A DNA stretch of 64,000 bases, from positions 7,240-71,239 of the forward strand of contig JAOZOU010000004.1 in assembly GCA_029933125.1 (NCBI GenBank), given 5' to 3'. The notes beneath the pieces are model-generated. The model ran no database searches. It was not told the DNA's origin and was given only the letters and a program-made list of their open reading frames with translations. The position numbers and the translations under genes are program-made. Below are positions 58,501-64,000 of this stretch, in pieces. Position 1 is the first letter of the stretch. Each line of letters starts with the position of its first letter. The stretch comes from a bacterium. Lineage in GTDB: Bacteria; Arandabacterota; Arandabacteria; Arandabacterales; Arandabacteraceae.

Positions 58501-60657
58501 AACGACATTGAAGTTGACCCTTCTCAACCGCTTCAGAATCAAGTGGCTAAGATAAAGGCGAGAATTAGCAATGTTGGACATGCCGATGCGCACAACTTCT
58601 ATGTCAATGCCTACTTTGATACCATAGGTGAATCAAGTTTGATTGACTCTCTCTATCTTGATCAACTCAGTGCCAAGACTGATACCTTTGTCACATTTGA
58701 CTGGCAAGTGCCTCCTGGAGTGCCGACAAGACTCATCCACGTCCTTGTTGATACCCAAGATAGTGTCCCCGAAAGGCTTGAGCTAAACAATCATGCATCA
58801 AGAAGAGTCTATCTTTCACTGGCTGACCTTGAGCTTGAGTTTGCAGGCATTGATCCCTTTCCTGTTGCGATAGGCGATTCTGTTGAGATTACGCTCAAGC
58901 TTACCAACAAGGGAGACGATGTTGCAAACAACTTCGTTGTCAGCCTCTACGATAGCGTTGTCGATGACGCCCGAAAGATTGCCGAGTTCACGATTGTATC
59001 CCTGGGGATTGGTGAAACAAGCCAAGTTGTTGCCCACTACCTCATACCGCGTTTCCGTGACGATAGCGTTCGACTCTGGGGGGTATGTGACAAAGAGCAC
59101 AACGTGGTTGAGTACTATAGGAGTAACAATGTTGTTGAGATTGGGGTGCCTTCGGGAGTGAAAGGGGAGTCAGTTGAATTTCCATATCATCTCAGCCTCG
59201 ACCGATGTGTTGCTTCGCGACACCTCATCGCAGCTCAGTCCCCGTCATGCAACTGTGTATTTGCAGCGAGAATGGACGGGTCTCAAGACTTTGTTTTCGA
59301 ATCACCTGGCTTAGATATAGACATCTGCCGCAACACCCTTGTCTTTTCATCGGGTGGTGACATAGCCGGTTTTGATCTTTCCGATAGTATGTTGTTAGTT
59401 GTCAGCTCGGACGAGCTCTATGAGAGCCAACCAACCGTCTGGGCTGACAATTATGCCTGGGTGGCGCAGGGGTCGGATTCAACCTATCTTTTCCTAAGAT
59501 CATCCGAGGCAAGAGTTGACACCATAAGAGTAACCTCAGGATCGATTGCCCACCCCGATATTTCAAGTGAGCTTCTCATCTGGCAAGAAAGATATGGATT
59601 GGATTGGGATATCATGGCATTTGACCTTGGCGTGCGCACAATCTTCCCGATAGCCCAAACGGAGGATGACGAAATCAATCCGTGTGTCTGGGGAGAAACC
59701 GTTGTCTGGGAGGATCGCAAGGCAGATGAGAGTGACATCATTGCCTATGATGTCACTTCTGGAACTCGATACAATGTGTGTTGTGCCAGCGGTATCCAGG
59801 AGCAGCCGTCCATCTTTGGTGACATAATAGTCTGGCAGGATTCTCGCAATGGCAACTGGGATATATATGGCTATAGCGTTTCGGAGGCTAGAGAATTCCC
59901 TGTTATTCGTCAGATCGATGACCAGATAAAGCCCTTCATAGCAGAAAGCACAATTGTTTGGATCGATAAGCGCGGCGAAAGTGATGAAATCAGGGGTCTT
60001 GTGATTGGGGGAAGGCGCAATGTTGCAACTGTCAATCGATTTGAAGCTCTCTGGCAGGATGGAAGAATCGTGCTTGTTGCCAACATTGCTGAGCATGATG
60101 ATGGGATCGTGTATAGAATCTATCGTTATCCTGATGCCAGACCGCTTTCTGAAGACCGCTTCTCTCATTTGAGATATGAGTTTAGTCTCGGTGGTGATAG
60201 CATTCATGTCTTTGCTGACACACTCGTTGCCCCAGAGCGTTCTTATTTCTATACCTTGGGCGTTGTTGATGCATATGGGGAGGAATCCTTTCATGGGCCA
60301 GTTGAGGGAAAGGCTTACAGAAGCTCACCTCGGCGTTTTGTAATTGGCATGCCACATCCCAATCCATTTCGATCATCAACAACGATAGCATTCGGACTTC
60401 CGCGGAGAGCAAGCTATCTAGATAACACTTCATGGCCAGATCCATCGAGCGATGTGAGGTTTGTAGAATTAGCGATTTATTCAGTCAGAGGCAGACTTGT
60501 CCGCAGACTCGAAAGAGGAGAGCTTAAGCCAGGCTACTATACCTTCACCTGGGACGGGAAGGATGACCGTGGTAATCTTGCAAGCCCGGGTGTATATTTT
60601 GTCACTGTATCCACGCCTGAATCTGTCACCTCGAGAAAGACAGTTTATTTAAGGTAG
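55540..60657 (+). CDS. Large secreted M6 (immune inhibitor A) metalloprotease with FG-GAP repeats, CARDB, beta-propeller and FlgD-like domains
   Basis: HEFGHLLGLPDLYD, WSLMAYGSW, YFLVENR; DxDxDGxxEI/GWP repeats; E..E.NN CARDB; VWEDR/VWQDSRNGNWDIY repeats; PNPF...WDGKDDRG..PGVYF. Confidence 0.9.
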   Translation: MKSQRPHHLFFVLISLLWASVAFAMPPRPDLLEEFKDKPRSELPLELTRLGARGFPPKPRLMLPDTVMCLVILIDFEDGHADTLAHSVEHFDELLFSCENGRSMRSYYLSNSYGKLDIVGDVKGWFRLPQPLAFYADERRGMGYYPHNAQKMVEDAVVAADPYVDFSLYDNDGPDGIPSSGDDDGYVDFLLVVHGGSGYEWTLNPSDIHSHAGTIRPLEADGVKVRTYATEPEDGNIGTFAHEFGHLLGLPDLYDPTLSTFGLGMWSLMAYGSWGGGDGSRPVGLDAWSKVRLGFVEPVVIDTNFTAYELPNVEDSAVVLKLWNGGEEGAQYFLVENRRAVGCDSYLGRFGEGLLIYHVDERYDGNSSPTGHLVSLEQADGRFDLERRRVFGFGSDSGDPYPGSTGNRSFGWWTTPSNYSNEGSPTQVTILNISDPGDLMKFDVGVTSPVVLLEDYSVDDSRGDGDGRPEAGEDIDILVRLHNYGAKCESLRVELGCDDSGIDIYEDKASIPLIGSQEISQPVRFAARIGESVLEPYQFGFSLEMAGRFAFGTYEYSDNFIFTVPLHLLEGFPVETNGGIVAPLAASDIDNDGLKEIIAATQNGYVYLWRADGSQLDGWPVHIGHPIHSKPAVCDLDVDGKREIIVTTVSGLVYVLRSDGTLEEGWPQQMGSEVRSDAVLADIDDDGLVEVICADVYGEVSAWNEDGMAADGWPKHLNEKIWMSAAAADVDGDYVPEIVIGGYGGKLYVLEGDGSIADGWPVSVGRGCGRGSPSIADFDADGKLEIAVSGLFSNSTYVVELDGTIHEGWPRWSFNCSELSSPVPVDLDSDGVPEIAVSTSCGTIVAWNGDGSICKVIQGTAPDPMHNCEPIFCDLDGNGTIEAIGTTDGKTRGEVYAFGASGIVGGFPLNAGRGIRSTPLVCDLDDDGNFEIAAATTGGKLSIWRFAGAKGAGRKEYAEARGNTWNTGQYGFEAKENMPMADLVVYANDIEVDPSQPLQNQVAKIKARISNVGHADAHNFYVNAYFDTIGESSLIDSLYLDQLSAKTDTFVTFDWQVPPGVPTRLIHVLVDTQDSVPERLELNNHASRRVYLSLADLELEFAGIDPFPVAIGDSVEITLKLTNKGDDVANNFVVSLYDSVVDDARKIAEFTIVSLGIGETSQVVAHYLIPRFRDDSVRLWGVCDKEHNVVEYYRSNNVVEIGVPSGVKGESVEFPYHLSLDRCVASRHLIAAQSPSCNCVFAARMDGSQDFVFESPGLDIDICRNTLVFSSGGDIAGFDLSDSMLLVVSSDELYESQPTVWADNYAWVAQGSDSTYLFLRSSEARVDTIRVTSGSIAHPDISSELLIWQERYGLDWDIMAFDLGVRTIFPIAQTEDDEINPCVWGETVVWEDRKADESDIIAYDVTSGTRYNVCCASGIQEQPSIFGDIIVWQDSRNGNWDIYGYSVSEAREFPVIRQIDDQIKPFIAESTIVWIDKRGESDEIRGLVIGGRRNVATVNRFEALWQDGRIVLVANIAEHDDGIVYRIYRYPDARPLSEDRFSHLRYEFSLGGDSIHVFADTLVAPERSYFYTLGVVDAYGEESFHGPVEGKAYRSSPRRFVIGMPHPNPFRSSTTIAFGLPRRASYLDNTSWPDPSSDVRFVELAIYSVRGRLVRRLERGELKPGYYTFTWDGKDDRGNLASPGVYFVTVSTPESVTSRKTVYLR

Positions 60658-60723
60658 TCAAAGGTTGGTTGTCGCACTGAGCTCCTTGACTACTGCAGGT
60701 GGCGATGCTACCTTATCAGTGCT

Positions 60724-61188
60724 ATGGACATTGGATTTGACCGTGACTGGATGAAAGAGGCGGTGAGGGAAGCAGAGAAGGCACTTGATGAGGGTGAGGT
60801 TCCCGTCGGAGCTGTTGTTGTGAAAGATGGGAGACTTATCGGAAGGGGCCACAACCGCGTTGAAGCTCTCAAGGATCCAACTGCCCATGCCGAGGTAATT
60901 GCACTTGGGGCTGCTGCCGGGGCAGTCGGTGACTGGCGCCTCGAAGGAGCAACCATCTATGTTACACTCGAGCCTTGTATGATGTGTCTTGGTGCAATGT
61001 TCGCAGCGAGGATCGAAAGGCTTGTCTATGGGGCGACTGACCCTAGAGCTGGTACTTGTGGGGGGTCAATAGATCTAGGCAGGTTGAAATATATGGATCG
61101 AGAAATTACCATTGATGGTGGGGTGCTTGAGCCTGAGTGTTCGGATTTGCTTAAGCGATTTTTCGTGAAACTTAGAGGGGAATCGTGA
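60724..61188 (+). CDS. tadA: tRNA adenosine(34) deaminase TadA
   Basis: GEVPVGAV, TAHAE, TLEPCMMC; promoter-like TTGACT-N17-TACCTT upstream. Confidence 0.93.
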   Translation: MDIGFDRDWMKEAVREAEKALDEGEVPVGAVVVKDGRLIGRGHNRVEALKDPTAHAEVIALGAAAGAVGDWRLEGATIYVTLEPCMMCLGAMFAARIERLVYGATDPRAGTCGGSIDLGRLKYMDREITIDGGVLEPECSDLLKRFFVKLRGES

Positions 61189-61200
61189 GTTAGACTTTGC

Positions 61201-61290
61201 GGAGAGATGCCAGAGCGGTCGAATGGGGCGGTCTCGAAAACCGTTGGGCAGGCAACTGCCCCGGGGGTTCGAATCCCTCTCTCTCCGCCA
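61201..61290 (+). tRNA. tRNA-Ser(CGA)
   Basis: GGAGAGA/TCTCTCC acceptor, CT-CGA-AA, long variable arm, CCA. Confidence 0.97.
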
Positions 61291-61344
61291 TTTCTGTCTA
61301 AGGGGTGCGCTTCCTTAGGAATTCTTGATAACGCTTTGTGCAGC

Positions 61345-61434
61345 GGAGAGATGCGAGAGTGGCTGAATCGGCGTGACTGGAAATCACGTGGGCGGGTAAC
61401 CGCCTCGAGGGTTCGAATCCCTCTCTCTCCGCCA
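61345..61434 (+). tRNA. tRNA-Ser(GGA)
   Basis: GGAGAGA/TCTCTCC acceptor, CT-GGA-AA, long variable arm, CCA. Confidence 0.97.
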
Positions 61435-61464
61435 CTAGTTGTTTCTTAGCCCCTCAAGTGCCAC

Positions 61465-62232
61465 ATGGGTGCTCCTCGTCTTTTTGTTGGAGTAGACGGA
61501 TGTCGTGGAGGTTGGATAGGTGTTTCGCTTAGAGGCTCCAAGTGGGTATCAACAGATATCTTTGGTGACATTGAGAGTCTCTGGCAGGCAAAACGACAAG
61601 CTTCCCTCATCCTCATGGATATGCCAATTGGGCTTAAGGATGGAGGATGTGAGGAGCGCAGGTGCGACGTCCTTGCCCGAAAACTTGTTGGCAAGGCTCG
61701 TGCCTCAAGCATCTTCCGCATTCCCTGCAGGAAGGCGATCTACAGTGAAGATTACAACGAGGCACTGCGTATAAACCGCAAGCTGACAGGTCGAGGTTTT
61801 TCCATTCAAACATGGAACATTGTTCCGAGGATAAGAGAAGTCGATGAGCTTATGAGATCTTGCCCTGAGGCCGTACGGAGGCTGAGAGAAACTCATCCCG
61901 AGCTTTGCTTTCAATTGCTTGGTGGTGTGAGATACCCCAAAAGATCACCTCAAGGCAGAAGCGAAAGAATTGCTATTCTTGCGAGACGTATCACAAACTG
62001 TGAACACCTCATTCATGAATCCGTTGCCTCCTGGCAGGGAAAGGCAAACATCGATGACCTCATTGATGCCCTTATCCTTGCTGTAACAGCTTCAAGGGGA
62101 CTGGCGAGGCTTACCCCCCTACCCCTGCATCCTGTCAAAGACTCACTGGGAATCCCTATGCAGATGCTTTGCCCGAGCTCAAAAGCTCAGCTCAAAAAAC
62201 TGTTGTCTTTGACGAAGGACAACCTAAAATGA
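61465..62232 (+). CDS. DUF429 family protein (RNase H-like predicted nuclease)
   Basis: GVDGCRGGW, DMPIGL, ETHPELCF, DDLIDA. Confidence 0.85.
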   Translation: MGAPRLFVGVDGCRGGWIGVSLRGSKWVSTDIFGDIESLWQAKRQASLILMDMPIGLKDGGCEERRCDVLARKLVGKARASSIFRIPCRKAIYSEDYNEALRINRKLTGRGFSIQTWNIVPRIREVDELMRSCPEAVRRLRETHPELCFQLLGGVRYPKRSPQGRSERIAILARRITNCEHLIHESVASWQGKANIDDLIDALILAVTASRGLARLTPLPLHPVKDSLGIPMQMLCPSSKAQLKKLLSLTKDNLK

Positions 62233-62281
62233 TATTAGCCTGGGAAGATTGTGGCTTAATGTGAGACAGGGGTGAGCAACC

Positions 62282-62653
62282 TTGAAACCAATAGTGATTA
62301 CAGTAGGTGACCTTCGGCTTGAAGCTGAGCTTAATACATCGAAAACGGCGGGTCTCATATGGGATGTCCTGCCATTTGAGGCAAGGGCTCAAACCTGGGG
62401 AGATGAGATCTATTTCCGTATCCCAGTTGACAGCGACCTTGAGAATCCCAGGAGGACTGTTGAGATTGGTGACATAGGTTATTGGCCACCAGGCAATGCA
62501 TTCTGTATATTCTATGGTAAGACGCCTGCAAGCAAGGGTGATGAGATCGTACCAGCAAGCCCCGTTGAGATTGTGGGCAGGATTAAGTCTGATGTGAGTG
62601 CGCTTAAAGGATTAGTCGAGCCAGGAATTGTAAGAGTTGAAAAGGGGATGTAG
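62282..62653 (+). CDS. Cyclophilin-like fold protein (TM1367/DUF369-like)
   Basis: WGDEIYF, GDIGYWPPGNAFCIFYG.TP.S. Confidence 0.85.
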   Translation: MKPIVITVGDLRLEAELNTSKTAGLIWDVLPFEARAQTWGDEIYFRIPVDSDLENPRRTVEIGDIGYWPPGNAFCIFYGKTPASKGDEIVPASPVEIVGRIKSDVSALKGLVEPGIVRVEKGM

Positions 62654-62719
62654 CTCAGCTGGGAGAGCACTGCCTTCGCAAGGCAGGGGTCGGCGGTTCG
62701 AATCCGCTCATCTCCACCA
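62644..62719 (+). tRNA. tRNA-Ala(CGC)
   Basis: GGGGATG/CATCTCC acceptor with G3-U70, TT-CGC-AA loop, CCA. Confidence 0.96.
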
Positions 62720-62723
62720 GATA

Positions 62724-62758
62724 TGCGGCGGGTCTGGTGACTCGCCGCACCTTCTCTT
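62724..62758 (+). terminator. Terminator-like hairpin after tRNA-Ala
   Basis: TGCGGCGGGTC-TGGT-GACTCGCCGCA then pyrimidine run. Confidence 0.5.
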
Positions 62759-62829
62759 GGGGTTATGCCATTTCCCAGTCTGTGATACAGAGATTTCAGA
62801 TTGATATGGGATGAGGGAGTGACTCATTC

Positions 62830-63621
62830 ATGCGAGAATCGGAAGCTGCACTAATGTTGGTTCTTGCACTTCTTATTGCTCTCATTGCTGCATCGTGTAG
62901 CACTGTGCCGCTCACAGGCAGGCATCGTCTTCTGCTTGTCTCAGAATCAACGGAGCTTGAACTGGGTGCAACAACCTACCATGAGATAATCGAGACCAGC
63001 AAACTCTCATCTGATTCAACCCAGGTTAGACGGATAAGAACAATTGGCAGAAGGATTGCACAGGCCACTGGAGAGAAAGACTACCGGTGGGAGTTCAATC
63101 TCATCGAGGCGGATTCGGTTATGAATGCCTTCTGTCTTCCGGGAGGCAAAGTAGCAGTCTATTCTGGGATTCTCAAAATAGCCAGCAGCGACGAAGAGCT
63201 TGCCACTGTGATGGCTCATGAGATTGCTCATGCGATTGCCAGACATGGGGCAGAGCGTATGTCCCAGATGTTACTTGTCGAGCTCGGAGGCATTGCTCTT
63301 GAAGAGGCACTCAAGACAAAAGGCGAAAAAACAATAGACCTTGCCAAGGTGGCATATGGAGCAGGAACTGGCCTGCTTTACATCCTTCCTTACAGTCGCA
63401 AGCATGAGGAGGAAGCCGACTACATGGGGCTCATCTACATGGCCAAGGCGGGATATGATCCCCATGCAGCCGTGAGATTTTGGGAAAAGATGAACCAAGA
63501 GTTTTCAAATCGTGAACCTCCTGAATTCCTTTCGACCCACCCCAGCAGTGAGCGCAGGATTGAGAACCTCAAACGCTGGCTTCCTCGGGTGCTCAAATAT
63601 TACAAGCCGCCTGGACATTAA
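62830..63621 (+). CDS. M48 family metallopeptidase lipoprotein
   Basis: Lipobox AASC; NAFCLPGG, HEIAH, YSR..E.EAD, FLSTHP. Confidence 0.93.
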   Translation: MRESEAALMLVLALLIALIAASCSTVPLTGRHRLLLVSESTELELGATTYHEIIETSKLSSDSTQVRRIRTIGRRIAQATGEKDYRWEFNLIEADSVMNAFCLPGGKVAVYSGILKIASSDEELATVMAHEIAHAIARHGAERMSQMLLVELGGIALEEALKTKGEKTIDLAKVAYGAGTGLLYILPYSRKHEEEADYMGLIYMAKAGYDPHAAVRFWEKMNQEFSNREPPEFLSTHPSSERRIENLKRWLPRVLKYYKPPGH

Positions 63622-63666
63622 GGAATCCAATTTGCCTCACGAAGTCCAACCTAACTCCAGACTGGC

Positions 63667-63695
63667 TTGACACTGTAGCACTTTGCTGGTATTTT
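63667..63695 (+). promoter_or_regulatory. Sigma70 promoter upstream of SRP RNA
   Basis: TTGACA-N17-TATTTT with extended TG. Confidence 0.65.
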
Positions 63696-63725
63696 GATTG
63701 CGCAACCAGACGCGCAAGGGAGGGC

Positions 63726-63747
63726 GAAGATTTTTAGCTCCGACCCC
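63726..63747 (-). repeat. Solitary copy of the 17.5-17.9 kb repeat (GAAGATTTTTAGCTCCGACCCC)
   Basis: Identical 22-mer to 17854-17875. Confidence 0.92.
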
Positions 63748-63748
63748 A

Positions 63749-64000
63749 GGTCGTGCTAGACGGGGAGGTAGCGGTGCCCTGTAACCCGCAACCCGCTATA
63801 GCGGGGTCGAAGTCCCTTTTGAGGTCTGGTCTCTTTGGGAATGCGGCTGGATAAGCGGCGTTGAAGATCAGGTCCTGCGCAATGAAGACCTGTGAACCCC
63901 GTCAGGACCGGAAGGTAGCAGCGGTAAGCAGGAAACTTCATGTGCCGCAGGGTAACCTGGTTGGAGCTGGCTGTCCTGCTGGCGCCTGGGGAGGCAGATC
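63749..64000 (+). ncRNA. ffs: Large bacterial SRP RNA with Alu domain (3' end runs off the window)
   Basis: GTGCTAGACGGGGAGGTAGCGGTGCCCTGTAACCCGCAACCCGCTATAGCGGG 5' Alu-like domain and CGTCAGGACCGGAAGGTAGCAGCG helix 8. Confidence 0.93.

Noticed and set aside
52500-60723. Integrative element at tRNA-Arg
   Set aside because: No integrase and no duplicated tRNA 3' end found near 60657-60723.
61207-61449. 80-aa ORF with an internal repeat
   Set aside because: It is the translation of two tandem tRNA-Ser genes.
63756-63941. 61-aa minus-strand ORF
   Set aside because: Antisense to the SRP RNA.

Overview
Chromosomal window from a diderm bacterium, probably an anaerobe from a candidate phylum. This is inferred from the TonB receptor, lipoproteins, FlgD/T9SS-like C-terminal domains, tungsten-type AOR and several archaeal-type genes. 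It opens with a core operon (yajC-def-fmt-DUF116-rsmB-PASTA-rpe-ffh-rpsP-khpA-rimM-trmD-rplS-rnhB-yraN). An accessory middle section holds an M16 peptidase, creatininase, comM, an ArsR module, a cobalamin riboswitch-btuB-beta-propeller operon, a C45 peptidase, MATE, PutP, AOR and a B12 radical SAM. It is followed by a pyk-pncA-pncB-galT-pcm-baeRF1 operon, lysC, TPR proteins and a tRNA(Ser,Ser,Arg)...tadA-tRNA(Ser,Ser)...tRNA-Ala-large SRP RNA region with a glycosyltransferase/giant M6 protease block inside it. The most unusual signals are non-coding and flank comM. (i) A ~440 bp element bounded by inverted arrays of a 20-mer (GGGGTCGGAGCTAAAAATCT) encloses a sigma54-type motif and what may be a decayed REP-associated tyrosine transposase; a seventh copy of the 20-mer lies just upstream of the SRP RNA. 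(ii) A three-repeat CRISPR-like mini-array, with no cas genes in the window, has hairpin 'spacers', two of them homologous with a compensatory base change, followed by a small phage-type Cys/His protein gene. All calls come from motif recognition by eye; no database searches were run.
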